Assembly (NCBI GenBank): GCA_031962025.1
Contig: JAVRKW010000005.1
Direction: 5' to 3' (one strand)
Source: Pseudothermotoga sp.
Lineage (GTDB): Bacteria > Thermotogota > Thermotogae > Thermotogales > DSM-5069
Length of the DNA: 64,000 bases
Positions 47,072-63,661 of the stretch are shown in pieces; position 1 is the first letter of the stretch; each line of letters begins with the position of its first letter. The position numbers were made by a program, and so were the translations under genes. The notes under the pieces are model-generated. The model made no database searches. It saw nothing but the letters and a program-made list of their open reading frames with translations, and was not told where the DNA came from.

Positions 47072-47613
47072 AATTCTCTGTGAGTGAGAAAAGATTGATT
47101 TTTCTGTCTTTCGTCGGCTTGATAATTCTTCTGGGCTTTGCACTTGAAAACAGTTACAAAAAGGAAGAAAAAAGTACAGATCAAGCAACTCAAAGAAAAA
47201 CCATTGAGTTTCCCATAGACATCAACACGGCTTCATACGAAGAGCTGCTTGAGATACCCGGAATCGGTCCGGCGAAGGCAAGAGCCATAATTCAATTCAG
47301 AGAGCAGAACGGTCCATTCAGAACGATCAACGACCTGGTAAAGGTATCTGGAATAGGTATATCCACGGCTCAGAGAATCTCAAGCTTTTTGAAGCTTGAA
47401 AATTCTCCTGCTGTGAATGTTAAGAAAATCAATGTAAACACAGCTGACCTTGATGAACTCTCGGAACTTCCAGGTATAGGAGAAGTCAAAGCCAGTGAGA
47501 TCATAAAATTTAGAGAGAAAAACGGAGCTTTTAAAAAAGCAGAAGATCTTCTCAAAGTACCGGGAATCGGTCCAAAGACAATCGAGAAAATAAGAGATAT
47601 GATTGTATTCTGA
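47068..47613 (+). CDS. comEA: ComEA-like DNA-binding protein with two helix-hairpin-helix domains
   Basis: Two (D/N)(I/V)NTA...PGIG..KA..II.FRE.NG.F repeats; N-terminal TM segment. Confidence 0.88.
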   Translation: MKFSVSEKRLIFLSFVGLIILLGFALENSYKKEEKSTDQATQRKTIEFPIDINTASYEELLEIPGIGPAKARAIIQFREQNGPFRTINDLVKVSGIGISTAQRISSFLKLENSPAVNVKKINVNTADLDELSELPGIGEVKASEIIKFREKNGAFKKAEDLLKVPGIGPKTIEKIRDMIVF

Positions 47614-47625
47614 GGAGGTGCTTGT

Positions 47626-48102
47626 GTGAAAAACACAACTGTGCTTTTGGCAGCTTTAGTTCTCATGATGATGCTGTTATTACTCTATGGAGCCACTCAG
47701 CAAAATGCGAAGATAGTCTTCGTTGATGTGAACAGGGTAACTCAGGAATATCCAAAAATGGTTGAGCTCAACGAACGCTACAAAGCAGATTTTCAGTACT
47801 ATCAGAACAAACTCAATGAAATGACAAAAGAGTACGAAAACATGCAAAAATCGGGAGCATCCCAGGCAGATCTGGAAAAGAAACAGCAAGAGATACTTAC
47901 AAGAAAACAGCAATACGAACAGCTTCTTCAAAATGAGTATCAACCGAAGATGCAGCAGGTGATCGATGAGATAGCCGGCAAGATAGATAAATACGCAAAG
48001 ATGATGGGTTATGATTACATTCTCAACAAACAGGTACTCGTTTATGGTGATGACGCGTATGATGTCACTGATCAACTCATAAAATATTTGAAAGCGCAAT
48101 GA
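47626..48102 (+). CDS. OmpH/Skp periplasmic chaperone
   Basis: Signal peptide; KIVFVDV; coiled coil; GYDYIL...YDVTDQLI. Confidence 0.85.
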   Translation: MKNTTVLLAALVLMMMLLLLYGATQQNAKIVFVDVNRVTQEYPKMVELNERYKADFQYYQNKLNEMTKEYENMQKSGASQADLEKKQQEILTRKQQYEQLLQNEYQPKMQQVIDEIAGKIDKYAKMMGYDYILNKQVLVYGDDAYDVTDQLIKYLKAQ

Positions 48103-48805
48103 ACAGGATCGAATGCCATGGACTTGTAAAAAAGTTCAAAAGAAAAGTCGTTGTCGATCATGTGGACCTCTATGTTGATCAGGGTGAGGTTGTAGGTCTT
48201 TTGGGACCAAATGGTGCTGGTAAGACAACGATCTTCAACATGGTTCTGGGAGTTGTCATTCCCACGAGCGGTAAAATAATGTTTTCAGGTATGGATATCA
48301 CCAAGGTCCCAATAAGCCACAGAGCAAGATTTGGCATAACGTATCTTCAACAGGAGACATCGGTTTTCGGTGGCATAAAAGTTTTTGAGAATATCGAGCT
48401 GGTTCTGAGGTTCTACGAAAAAGATAAACACAAAAGAAAATCGAAAGTTGAAGAGTTACTCAAAGAGTTTGGTATATGGGAACTGAGAGATCAATACGCA
48501 GGTGATCTGTCAGGAGGAGAAAAAAGAAGACTGGAGCTGGCAAGAATGATGGCACTCAACCCGTCGTTTTTGTTGCTCGACGAACCTTTTGTTGGCATAG
48601 ATCCAAAAACCGTGAAAGATATACAGCAAATGATTAGATCTCTCAAAAAAAGAAACATAGGGATAATAGTGACAGATCATACGGTCAGCGCTTTGTCAGA
48701 GGTCGTTGATCGCCTTTATATCATCCACAAAGGCAGGATAATAGCCCAGGGAGAACCGCATGAAGTACTTGAAAACAGCACAGTCAAGGAGGTTTACCTT
48801 GGCAT

Positions 48806-48809
<4 letters not shown>
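48099..48809 (+). CDS. lptB: LptB-like ABC ATPase
   Basis: GLLGPNGAGKTT, LSGGEKRRLE, DEPFVGIDP and TDH motifs; VYLG terminus. Confidence 0.85.
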
Positions 48810-50748
<1,939 letters not shown>

Positions 50749-50757
50749 ACGCACTGG

Positions 50758-50766
50758 TGGTATAAT
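50758..50766 (+). promoter_or_regulatory. Extended -10 promoter
   Basis: TGGTATAAT ~32 nt upstream of ATG 50799. Confidence 0.65.
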
Positions 50767-50798
50767 GATCAAAACACACATCCTTGGGAGGGATAGTC

Positions 50799-51500
50799 AT
50801 GAGAAAGATCTTGAGTTTTACGTTGCTCGTAGTAATTACTTTGATCTTTGCAGAAAGTTATGCTGCTTATCATCTGTCAACAGTTGGTTACAAAACCAGT
50901 GTACTGGTATCGAATATGAGCGAAGAAAAAGCTTATTTTAGGGTCTTAGCATTTAATTGCTATGGGAAAAAACTATGGCAGGACACCTACAGTGCACAGG
51001 CTTATTCGACGGTATCTATCGACCTTGCAGAATTCATACCGAGTGCCGATGAAAACTGGGGACTTTTGTTAATTGAGTGCGATCAACTGTTGCACATCAG
51101 TGTTCTGTATCAGGACGAAAGCTTTGGCTTGCTCAATGTTGATCATGTGATCGAACCCGTTCAGAGCTCAGAAGATGCAAAATACTACTGGTACGCAGCA
51201 GGATATCTGGTGAAAGACAACTCTTCCATTGGGTTAGTTATGATGAACCCGAATAAGGACGAAGTTAGTATTTCAATCTGGATATGTAACTCAAATGGTG
51301 AAACAGTTGATGAGTTTTCAGGAAGCATAGAACCATTTGCGGCTGTCTTTCTTGATCTGTTGGATCATGTGAAAGATGATGTCGGTGTTGTCGACATACA
51401 AGTTGATCTGCCGATAATCATCGGTGTTGAGCACTACGAAGAAGGTGAGATCTGGACCATAGACAACATCGTGGACTGGTATACAATCACTGAATGGTAA
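50799..51500 (+). CDS. Secreted hypothetical protein; paralog of 16733-17434
   Basis: Signal peptide MRKIL...; shares NWGL, CDQLL, HVIEPVQ, DAKYYWY, PIIIGVE and NIVDWYT with the paralog. Confidence 0.75.
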   Translation: MRKILSFTLLVVITLIFAESYAAYHLSTVGYKTSVLVSNMSEEKAYFRVLAFNCYGKKLWQDTYSAQAYSTVSIDLAEFIPSADENWGLLLIECDQLLHISVLYQDESFGLLNVDHVIEPVQSSEDAKYYWYAAGYLVKDNSSIGLVMMNPNKDEVSISIWICNSNGETVDEFSGSIEPFAAVFLDLLDHVKDDVGVVDIQVDLPIIIGVEHYEEGEIWTIDNIVDWYTITEW

Positions 51501-51503
51501 TGT

Positions 51504-55111
<3,608 letters not shown>

Positions 55112-55127
55112 TGATCAACGCCCCCAT

Positions 55128-57590
55128 TCATTCCTTGACTGCCCCTCTTGTTAAACCGCTGACTAAATACCTTTGCAGAGACAGGAACAGTATCACCATC
55201 GGGAGCATGCCAAGCAATGCCGCAGCTGTGAATAATCCCCATTCTGTTTCGTATGGTCCAACTGCAAAAGCCTGAAGTCCGAGTGCGTATGTATAATTCT
55301 GAACATTCTGAAGGATTATTCTTGCCACCACATACTCGTTGAAAGTGCCTATGAAAACCAGCAAAAAGACAACGGTCAAAATAGGTTTTGCAAGTGGTAA
55401 AACGATCTTATAGAAACTCTGAAACCTTGTTGCACCGTCTACTATTGCAGCTTCCTCAAGAGAACTTGGAATAAGGTCGTAAAATCCCTTTATCAGGTAC
55501 ACATTGTAAGCTATGTTCGTCAGATAAGCGAAGATCAAACCACCGGGAGTATCCACTCCTAAAAATCCAATGTACTTGCCAAGGAAATTCAAAAGGTTGT
55601 AGATTGCAACCATGAAGATAACTCCAGGGAACATCTGAATCAACAAAAAACTCATTATTCCATACTTTCTCCCTGAAAATCTCATTCTGCTGAATGGATA
55701 TGCTGCTGTTGCACAAACACCTGTTGTTATCAACGCAACAATTAAGGAAATGATCACAGAATTCAATACCCATCTGAGAAAGTAATGTTTTGTCTTTTGC
55801 TTCCATATCTGGTCTATCCTGTAATATTCTTTGTCAATTTCTTTGAAGTCGCTTCTCAGATTTGAGAAAGGTATGAGACTCATCAAAACGCCGGCTTTTC
55901 TCATTACAACAGCTAAATCAGATCTCACCTTGCTAAAAAATTCCGATCTTGCTATGTCATCGAGCTTACTCAGGTGCTCCGATGTCACAAAAACACCGGA
56001 ATATGAGACAGCCAAAAGCTCGCGCCAGCTTTTTTCAAAATCATCCAGCAGATTTCTGGTCTTTTTCAACAAATCTTCAAGGTTCTTGGTGGTATTCTCA
56101 AATCTGGTTGAAAATGTCCTGTATTCTTCTATCCATTTCAAATCATCGATGGTCTTGCGCAGTTTGGTGTAAACTTCATCTTTTGATGTGTAAAGGTTCA
56201 TGAAATTCCTCAACCAGGTCATGAGAGATGAATACTTCAAAAGATCGGTTTTTCCAAAAGACGTAATGGCTTTAACAGTTGCAATCCTGCCATCGAGTTC
56301 AAATAAAAAGATCTTCAACTGGGCTGTTCTTCTGGCATCCTTGGTCTGGCTTTCGAGCAGATCAATCTTTTGCTGTACGATGAGTTTTTCCTGCTCAAGT
56401 AAATTCATTTGCCGTTTGATCTCTGTGAGTTTTTCATTCAAATCATGCAGGATAATTGCCTTTTCTTCTATGTTAGAAAGTGCAGTCTGTGTTTCATTCA
56501 AGGCTCTTTCCAATTTTGGCTGAATCTCTCTGTAGGCTTTGATAAAATCCGAATATGCCATCTTGAATTTGGCAGAACTATCAATATTTGTGATATCCTT
56601 CAAAATATCCGTTATTTTCTGTAGCGGTCTTTTTAGATCCGCATAATCGACCAGGTTTTCCAATTTCTGTTCAATTCCTTCAAGTTGCTCTATCGATGCA
56701 GAAACACTTTGCAAGAAAAATGTATCGTCCAGCGGAAAATCAGTTTTCATAAGGCTGTCTTTGATGGAATCTTTCAGATTTTTCAGATTTTCCAAGGAAT
56801 TGGACAGGGCATTCAACTCCGGCAGAAGGTCGTTTTTCAAAATCACATCGGTTTTCATAACCTGATCCTGTAACGGCTGGATTTGTTTTTTAATATCTGT
56901 AGAAGCTTTATCAAGTTGATCCAATTTCTGTGAAAGCTCAGCCAGATTTTTCAGATGATCTTTCATGTAAAGCTCGTAACTTTGCCTGAGTATCTCAAGT
57001 GCATTGTTGTAATCAGATACATCATTCACAGAAAAACCGACTATTTTTTGCAAATCTTCTTTGAACACCATGAAAATCGGTGAATTAAAGTTCTCTTTCG
57101 ATAGATACTCGTACAGCACTACTTTGTATTGATCATCAAAGCTGTCTTTGATCTCGCCAGAGATTGTTTTTTTCAATTCTTCAAGGTTGTTCAGAACAAG
57201 TTCTTTGGTTTTTTCGCTGTTTTTCTTTAAAAAATCATCGATTCTCTGGTAAGTTTCCTTAGCCACACTGTATTTTGAGGTTGTTTGTTGAAGATATTGC
57301 TCAAATTTTCCCAAGGAGTCTTCCATTCTTTTCTGAGCCTGATCAAAAGTCAGCTGGTTGAATGGCTTGGCTCTTGAGAGTATATTCTGCATTTCCTGCA
57401 CAAGAACGGGTATATTTCGTTCTGGTAGGACAAGATCTATGTAATTTTGTAAAGTCAAACGGCTTGAAAAAAGTTCACTCGAGAACGCCGCTTCGTCTCT
57501 TCTAAATGAAGTCGTCACTACCCACACGGTGGGAAATAGAATCACAGCAATCAAAAAAATCAAAACGGCATGGACAATGATCTTTTTCAT
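55128..57590 (-). CDS. Sugar ABC permease (MalG/GanG type) with a ~550-aa helical insertion
   Basis: N-terminal TM1; C-terminal AYPFSRMRFSG, EEAAIVDGA and GLTRGAVK motifs. Confidence 0.9.
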   Translation of the reverse strand: MKKIIVHAVLIFLIAVILFPTVWVVTTSFRRDEAAFSSELFSSRLTLQNYIDLVLPERNIPVLVQEMQNILSRAKPFNQLTFDQAQKRMEDSLGKFEQYLQQTTSKYSVAKETYQRIDDFLKKNSEKTKELVLNNLEELKKTISGEIKDSFDDQYKVVLYEYLSKENFNSPIFMVFKEDLQKIVGFSVNDVSDYNNALEILRQSYELYMKDHLKNLAELSQKLDQLDKASTDIKKQIQPLQDQVMKTDVILKNDLLPELNALSNSLENLKNLKDSIKDSLMKTDFPLDDTFFLQSVSASIEQLEGIEQKLENLVDYADLKRPLQKITDILKDITNIDSSAKFKMAYSDFIKAYREIQPKLERALNETQTALSNIEEKAIILHDLNEKLTEIKRQMNLLEQEKLIVQQKIDLLESQTKDARRTAQLKIFLFELDGRIATVKAITSFGKTDLLKYSSLMTWLRNFMNLYTSKDEVYTKLRKTIDDLKWIEEYRTFSTRFENTTKNLEDLLKKTRNLLDDFEKSWRELLAVSYSGVFVTSEHLSKLDDIARSEFFSKVRSDLAVVMRKAGVLMSLIPFSNLRSDFKEIDKEYYRIDQIWKQKTKHYFLRWVLNSVIISLIVALITTGVCATAAYPFSRMRFSGRKYGIMSFLLIQMFPGVIFMVAIYNLLNFLGKYIGFLGVDTPGGLIFAYLTNIAYNVYLIKGFYDLIPSSLEEAAIVDGATRFQSFYKIVLPLAKPILTVVFLLVFIGTFNEYVVARIILQNVQNYTYALGLQAFAVGPYETEWGLFTAAALLGMLPMVILFLSLQRYLVSGLTRGAVKE

Positions 57591-59320
57591 CTTCCCACCT
57601 CTTCAAAAGCACCTGAAAATTTGAAATTGAGAAAACTTATCCCGCCAACGAGGAAAAATATCATTATAGAAATCGCGCTGGCAAAACCAAAATCCTGACC
57701 CCTACCACCTTCAAAGGCGAGTTTATAAACGTATGAAATGAGTATATCCGTATAACCAGTCGGAGTGGTCGAGCCGGGGATAGGTGGACCTCCTGCGGTT
57801 ATGAGATAAATTACAGTGAAGTTGTTGAAACTGAAAGCAAAACTGCTAACAAGCAAAGGTGCAATCACAGCCATTATGAAAGGAAGTGTGATGGCAGTGA
57901 ACCTTTTGAATTTTCCTGCACCGTCTATCATTGCAGCTTCATACATTTCAAAAGGTATCCCCTGCAATGCCCCCAAGGAAATCGTCATCATGTAAGGGAA
58001 AGTGAGCCATATATTCACAAGCAGAACCCCTATCCTTGCCCAGAGTGCATCGTTCATCCACCTGATTGGACTTATGCCGAATAACGGAAGCAAAAACTTG
58101 TTTATCACCCCATAACTTTCATTCAAAAGACCATTTTTCCACACAAGCGCCGATATAAAAACTGGTATAGCCCACGGTATTATGAGCAATGTGCGATAGA
58201 TATTCCTTGCTCTGAGATTTTTGTCGTTGAGAATTAGTGCAAAAGGCAGTCCAACAGCGAGAGATAAAACAACACTTAAAAGTGCCCAGACAAAGGTCCA
58301 GATAAATATCTGCAAAAACGGTCCAGAGACCTTCGGATCCTTCACAATTCTGAGAAAATTCTTAAAACCCACATAGTCTATGAATCCAATGAGAAAGACT
58401 TCTTCACCTTTTTCATTTTTGTCGTAGAAAGCACCTTCTTTTTCTATCACTCTGTTATTGGTTTTGTTGTTGTAAATCGTCATTCTCATCTTCATCTTTC
58501 CATCTTCAAAACTCTCATCATATCCCAATTGATATAGCCTTTCAATTCTCACAAACTGCCATTCTCCAAGAGAATTCACCCTGAGGGCATACCTTCTGTC
58601 CTGCTGATCGACAAAATCTGCCCTGTAAAGATAAAGCTGTGCTATTTTGCTTTTAAAGTATGGTGAGTTGGCTTGTAAAAGCTGATCTTGTGGAGAGTAA
58701 AATGCTTTATAGATTTTATCTTCAACAGTTATTATTCTCACATCCTGTAATTCACCGTACGGAACAAGATGGTAAGTTCGATCAGCTGTTTGAACATACT
58801 CGCCATCCAGTGGATATAAAACAGATTCACTCAAAAGCACTTCTTTGCCTTTTTTTCTTACCGGTTTTGGTCTTTCACCCAAAAATAATTTTCCATTCAA
58901 TTTGAACAGAATGAGAAAATCTTCCGTTGGTGTCATCCCATCGTAAACCACGAAAACTTTGTATTCATTAGTGTAATCTTCCTGTACTTCGTAGGTGTAG
59001 TTTGGATCGTACAAAAGCCTCTCTATCGCTTCTTGACGCGGCATGTAATGCCCAGTACCGTAATTGGTGAAAGCCACTTTCACAGTGAAATATATTGGAT
59101 ACAAAACCAAGATGAAAAGCAACACAAGAGCAGGCGCAATATATCTGTACGGATAGGCACGCGGATTGAAAATGAAAAAATCAATTAGAAACAGCAGTAT
59201 GAAAAACATTACACCCATTTCGTAATATGCATTTTGAATTAAAAAGCTTGCCCCCCAGAAGAAAAAGATGTTCATCAATACAAATAAACACCACAGAAAG
59301 AACTTGAACAGGTACTTCAC
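57587..59320 (-). CDS. Sugar ABC permease (MalF/GanF type)
   Basis: AFTNYG, EAAMIDGA and TDILISY motifs; GTG start after GGAGGG. Confidence 0.9.
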   Translation of the reverse strand: MKYLFKFFLWCLFVLMNIFFFWGASFLIQNAYYEMGVMFFILLFLIDFFIFNPRAYPYRYIAPALVLLFILVLYPIYFTVKVAFTNYGTGHYMPRQEAIERLLYDPNYTYEVQEDYTNEYKVFVVYDGMTPTEDFLILFKLNGKLFLGERPKPVRKKGKEVLLSESVLYPLDGEYVQTADRTYHLVPYGELQDVRIITVEDKIYKAFYSPQDQLLQANSPYFKSKIAQLYLYRADFVDQQDRRYALRVNSLGEWQFVRIERLYQLGYDESFEDGKMKMRMTIYNNKTNNRVIEKEGAFYDKNEKGEEVFLIGFIDYVGFKNFLRIVKDPKVSGPFLQIFIWTFVWALLSVVLSLAVGLPFALILNDKNLRARNIYRTLLIIPWAIPVFISALVWKNGLLNESYGVINKFLLPLFGISPIRWMNDALWARIGVLLVNIWLTFPYMMTISLGALQGIPFEMYEAAMIDGAGKFKRFTAITLPFIMAVIAPLLVSSFAFSFNNFTVIYLITAGGPPIPGSTTPTGYTDILISYVYKLAFEGGRGQDFGFASAISIMIFFLVGGISFLNFKFSGAFEEVGR

Positions 59321-59342
59321 AGGTTCTTCCCTCCATAGAGAA

Positions 59343-59365
59343 TTAAAGCCCGGCACGAGCCGGGC
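59343..59365 (-). terminator. GC-rich hairpin after the binding-protein gene (weak terminator or mRNA stabiliser)
   Basis: GCCCGGC-TCGT-GCCGGGC followed by TTTAA. Confidence 0.6.
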
Positions 59366-59370
59366 ACAGG

Positions 59371-60546
59371 CTATTGTATCTGTGATTTTATTCTTTCAAC
59401 CGCTGTTTTGAGTGCTTCTTCGACAGTTGCTTTTCCATTAACAACCAGGTTCAGTGCATCGTTCATAGCACCCCAGACTGCTGCCATCTGCGGAATATTT
59501 GGCATTGGTACACCATTTGCGGCACTCTGAGTGAAAGCAACAACATCTGGATTGTCCTTCACAAGTTCCAATACATCTTTTCTTGCCGGCAATCTTGGAT
59601 CTCCCAGATACAGTCTGTACATGGTGTCTGTTCTTGCTATGAAATTGGTCAAAAATTCTTTTGCAAGGAGTTTGTTGGGTGATTTTGCATTTACCATGAA
59701 TCCCTGAACGCCCACAAATGGTTTTGCAACAAGATTTGCGTCGATATTTGGAATGACCGCGACACCGTAATCGATCCCGGCATCTTTGTAATCTTTAACA
59801 GCCCACGGACCATTGATTATCATCGCTGCCTTTCCTTCTTTGAACATGGAATCCATTATCTGGTAGTTATCGCTTGGATCGAGTATTTTCTCATCGACCA
59901 ATCTTTTGATGATACTGACCCCTCTGATCGCTCCCTGGTTTGCAAGACCAATATCCTTGGGATCTAATCCCTTTGGTGTTTCTTTAAAGACATATCCACC
60001 CGCTCCGAGAATGAATGGCACTGCGTAATAAAATTCAGTTGTAGAAGTGATAAGTCCCCTCACTTCTTTGCCAAATTCCTGGTCAATTTGTTTTGCAATC
60101 TGAATCATCTCATCTACTGTCTTTGGTGGATTTGGTACGAAGTCTTTGTTGTAGATGAGAGCAATCGCTTCGAGCGCGTAAGGCAACCCGTACAGTTCCC
60201 CACCGTAAGAAAATGCGTTTAGCCCTGTTTCATAGAACTGGTTGAGTTCTGGAAACTTTTGAATAGGTTCGATCAAGCCATTTACCACTAATTCTCCTAC
60301 CCAGTCATGTGCACCGACGATGATATCCGCACCCTGACCTTGTGGAGCAGCAGTCAGAAATTTGGGTTTGATGTCTGAAAAGTTCACATACTGAACCTCG
60401 ACGTCAACGCCGTACTTTGCTTTGAATTCTTCAGCAAGCTTCTGCAGAATATCCACCTGTTTTTCCGAACACCAGATAACCAGTTTAGATTGTGCAAAAA
60501 CAAAAATCGTACTAAAAACCAGGATCAGCAAGAGAAATTTCCTCAT
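59371..60546 (-). CDS. malE: Maltose/galacto-oligosaccharide ABC substrate-binding protein (MalE/GanE type)
   Basis: Signal peptide; ADIIVGAHDW, INGPW and MPNIPQM motifs. Confidence 0.85.
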   Translation of the reverse strand: MRKFLLLILVFSTIFVFAQSKLVIWCSEKQVDILQKLAEEFKAKYGVDVEVQYVNFSDIKPKFLTAAPQGQGADIIVGAHDWVGELVVNGLIEPIQKFPELNQFYETGLNAFSYGGELYGLPYALEAIALIYNKDFVPNPPKTVDEMIQIAKQIDQEFGKEVRGLITSTTEFYYAVPFILGAGGYVFKETPKGLDPKDIGLANQGAIRGVSIIKRLVDEKILDPSDNYQIMDSMFKEGKAAMIINGPWAVKDYKDAGIDYGVAVIPNIDANLVAKPFVGVQGFMVNAKSPNKLLAKEFLTNFIARTDTMYRLYLGDPRLPARKDVLELVKDNPDVVAFTQSAANGVPMPNIPQMAAVWGAMNDALNLVVNGKATVEEALKTAVERIKSQIQ

Positions 60547-60628
60547 AACCTGTTCACCTCCCCAAATTAAAGATTATCACAAATTTTTTAAGTCAAAAGC
60601 GAATTATCCAATGTACATACATGAAGCA

Positions 60629-63600
60629 CTAATTTTTGCGTTTTGTTGTAGAACCAAAGACTTCTGCAAGAGCAGGTACAACAAAGAGTGTGAACAGTGT
60701 TGTTATTATCAAGCCAAAGGCAATAACCCACGATATTGGTGACTCAAGCTCTGAACCCTCGTTTTTACTCAGAGCAACTGGTAGCAAGGCAATCACAGTT
60801 GTCAGGGTTGTCATGAGTATGGGTCTTAATCTCAAAGCAGCAGCTTCGACTATCGTTTGACGTAAAGATCTTTCTCTATCCAATCTCTGCCTGATGAATG
60901 ATATCATAACTATTGCATTGTTCACGACAACTCCTACCAGTGTCAGAGTGCCAACCAAAACAGGTAGATTCAGAACATAACCAAAGATCATCATAACCAG
61001 AGCAAGTGCTATTATCGCCACAGGAACCGTTGTGAAAATTATGAACGGTACTGTGAATGATTCAAACTGAGCACTTAAAATCATATAAACGAGTAATGCA
61101 GCTATGATTATAATCGTTTTGAATTCCTTTAGTAAAACGTCCAGGGAGTTCTTTTGACCACCAAAAGAGTAATTCACACCATTTGACGGTAATTTTTCAA
61201 TTGTTTTCTGTACCAGATCCGTAAGCTGTGAAACAGTGTAAGACGATTTGACAACATCCACATAGACCACTCTCTGACCATTCTTGTGTGCGATTGAACC
61301 GAGTGTTGTTCTCTTGCCAATCTGGCTAAGCACGCTCAATGGTAGCTCCTGTCCGCTGATATTTTTGAAAAGAATCTGGTTGATTTCATCAACTGTTTCG
61401 ACTTTTCCCGTATTCACATAAATAGGAAGTATTCCATAGTCTGTGTTCAATGTGCCAAATTGTTTTCCGACTGTGTAATATTGAAGGTCCATGAACAACT
61501 GTGCAGGTACCAAGCCAGAGAAAATCGACCTGGACCTGTCTATATCAACCAAAAGGGTTTCAACAGTAGCTTCACCTCTTATAGCGACTTCACCGACTTT
61601 CTGTCGCAAAAGTTCTTCTTTCAATTTATGTGCTGCGTCCATCAGTTTATCTATATCTTTTCCCGTCAGTTCAATGGTGAGAGGATAACCAAAAATCTCT
61701 GAAAGAAAATCTGTTTGACCAGCTTCAATCTCAGCTTCCTCTATCTTCAAAGCAAAGATGTCCTTGAGCAATCTTTCCTTGTTTTCAATGTATTCTGTTC
61801 TTTTGCCGTTGAACCAGATATTTATCGTGGCTTTGTCCTCGCTTGCACCGCCTATTATCTGTGAAAATTCGCTGGTGATACCCACATCAGAATAGACAGT
61901 TTGAATCTTGTATTCATTCTTTTTACTGAGAATGAACTCTTCTACCTGTTTTGCAATCTCTGCGGTTTTTTCATATCCAGCCTGGTTCTTCGCTTTCACG
62001 GTTATTGTCAGGGTATTGGTTGCAAAATCCGGAATAAAGCTCCTTGGACTGTTCAACAGATAATAGACTGAAAACACCACGCAAATTACTACCACCGTGA
62101 AAATTATCCATTTTCTGTCCAAGGCTCTGCTTAAAACCACTTTGTAACGCTCTCTTATGCGCTCAAAGCCCTGTATTCTCTTACTTTCTATCCATCTTGA
62201 TCCTGCTGGAATCAGTATTGATGCTACCAGAAGAGATGCTCCAAGAGACAGTGAAAGTGTTGCTGCAAAATACTTGAACATAGTTGCCGCAAAGCTCTCG
62301 GTGAAAAGCAACGGAACAAAAACTACAACTGTTGTTGCGGTAGATGCAAAGATGGCTCCGAAAACCTCTTTCGTACCCTTTGATGCTGCCTCGTCGTATG
62401 GTACACCATTTGATTTGTGTCTGTATATGTTTTCAAAAACAACGATCGCATTGTCCACCAACATACCAACAGCCATTGTCAATCCACCAAGTGTTAAAAG
62501 ATCAATATTTATTTTGAACAGATACATAAGTACGATTGCAACTATCAGTGAGATCGGAATACTTAAAGAGACAATCACCGTACTTTTTATGTCCAGCAAA
62601 AACACCATAACGACTATCGCGGCACCAATCAGTCCAAGTACCAGGTTTTTCAGCAAATTGTTGATGGCTTTCTCAGTGTACATAGACTGATCTATCAGTA
62701 CAGAATAAGGTATCTTCAATTCATCAAGGAGTTTTTTCACCTGTCTGACAGTGTTTACAGTGTTTGCTCCGGCTCTTTTTCTGATCGATATGACACTTGA
62801 TCTTTCGCCATCAACTCTCACCAATCCCCTTACCTGTTCGTCGACAGTCTGTATCTGTGCGATCTGTCCCAATCTCACCGGTACAAGGAGTCTGGGCATT
62901 TGCCCACTCATTGCCATCTGATAAGAAAGCCCGCGAAAACCCACTATCGCATTTTTCAGATCGTCTATGTCTTTAAACCTTCCATCAACCGTGACTGTAT
63001 AAACACTTCCTTTTTCATCTTTAAGCTGTCCCATTGGATAGACAGCGTTACCTGCCAGAAAGGTATCCAGTAAGGTGAGATCCAGACCAAAATCTTTTGC
63101 CTTTTGTTGATCTACGGTTACTTTTACGATTTTTCTGGGTTTTCCAAGATTCTCGACCCCCGCCACATCGGGCAGTCTCTTTATGCTGTCAATGAACTGA
63201 TCAGGATCGAAAGTTGTTGCGAAAACAAAGACCGGAATTATCGACGGATCAAATTCAACAACCGTCGGTCTGACCTGTTGTGATAAATCTGCCTGAGCTA
63301 TGTTCAGATATCTCTCAAGCCTTGAAGAAGCCGTCAGGACATCCACACCCCATTCATACTCTACGAGAATCAAAGATAGACCAGGCTGGGAAACAGAGGT
63401 GAAATTTTTCACGCCAGGTACGGTTGCTATGACTTTTTCAAGCGGTTCTGTTATCAATTGTTCCATCTCTTCAGTTCCCATTCCCATACACGTCGCGAAA
63501 ACAGCCGCATAGGGATACTCAAGTTGTGGCAAAAGCTCCACGTGCAGTTTTCTGAGTGCAATGATTCCTATCACCAGAACAGCTAAAAGAAGCATGAATA

Positions 63601-63640
63601 TTGCAATGGGTCTTCTTGCAGATTGTCCGGCAATATTCAC
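60629..63640 (-). CDS. RND efflux permease (AcrB/SwrC-like)
   Basis: RRPIA, GMLVDNAIVV, AQFES and RLRPILMTT motifs. Confidence 0.92.
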   Translation of the reverse strand: MNIAGQSARRPIAIFMLLLAVLVIGIIALRKLHVELLPQLEYPYAAVFATCMGMGTEEMEQLITEPLEKVIATVPGVKNFTSVSQPGLSLILVEYEWGVDVLTASSRLERYLNIAQADLSQQVRPTVVEFDPSIIPVFVFATTFDPDQFIDSIKRLPDVAGVENLGKPRKIVKVTVDQQKAKDFGLDLTLLDTFLAGNAVYPMGQLKDEKGSVYTVTVDGRFKDIDDLKNAIVGFRGLSYQMAMSGQMPRLLVPVRLGQIAQIQTVDEQVRGLVRVDGERSSVISIRKRAGANTVNTVRQVKKLLDELKIPYSVLIDQSMYTEKAINNLLKNLVLGLIGAAIVVMVFLLDIKSTVIVSLSIPISLIVAIVLMYLFKINIDLLTLGGLTMAVGMLVDNAIVVFENIYRHKSNGVPYDEAASKGTKEVFGAIFASTATTVVVFVPLLFTESFAATMFKYFAATLSLSLGASLLVASILIPAGSRWIESKRIQGFERIRERYKVVLSRALDRKWIIFTVVVICVVFSVYYLLNSPRSFIPDFATNTLTITVKAKNQAGYEKTAEIAKQVEEFILSKKNEYKIQTVYSDVGITSEFSQIIGGASEDKATINIWFNGKRTEYIENKERLLKDIFALKIEEAEIEAGQTDFLSEIFGYPLTIELTGKDIDKLMDAAHKLKEELLRQKVGEVAIRGEATVETLLVDIDRSRSIFSGLVPAQLFMDLQYYTVGKQFGTLNTDYGILPIYVNTGKVETVDEINQILFKNISGQELPLSVLSQIGKRTTLGSIAHKNGQRVVYVDVVKSSYTVSQLTDLVQKTIEKLPSNGVNYSFGGQKNSLDVLLKEFKTIIIIAALLVYMILSAQFESFTVPFIIFTTVPVAIIALALVMMIFGYVLNLPVLVGTLTLVGVVVNNAIVMISFIRQRLDRERSLRQTIVEAAALRLRPILMTTLTTVIALLPVALSKNEGSELESPISWVIAFGLIITTLFTLFVVPALAEVFGSTTKRKN

Positions 63641-63661
63641 TTTCCCGCCTCCCTGCTACGA

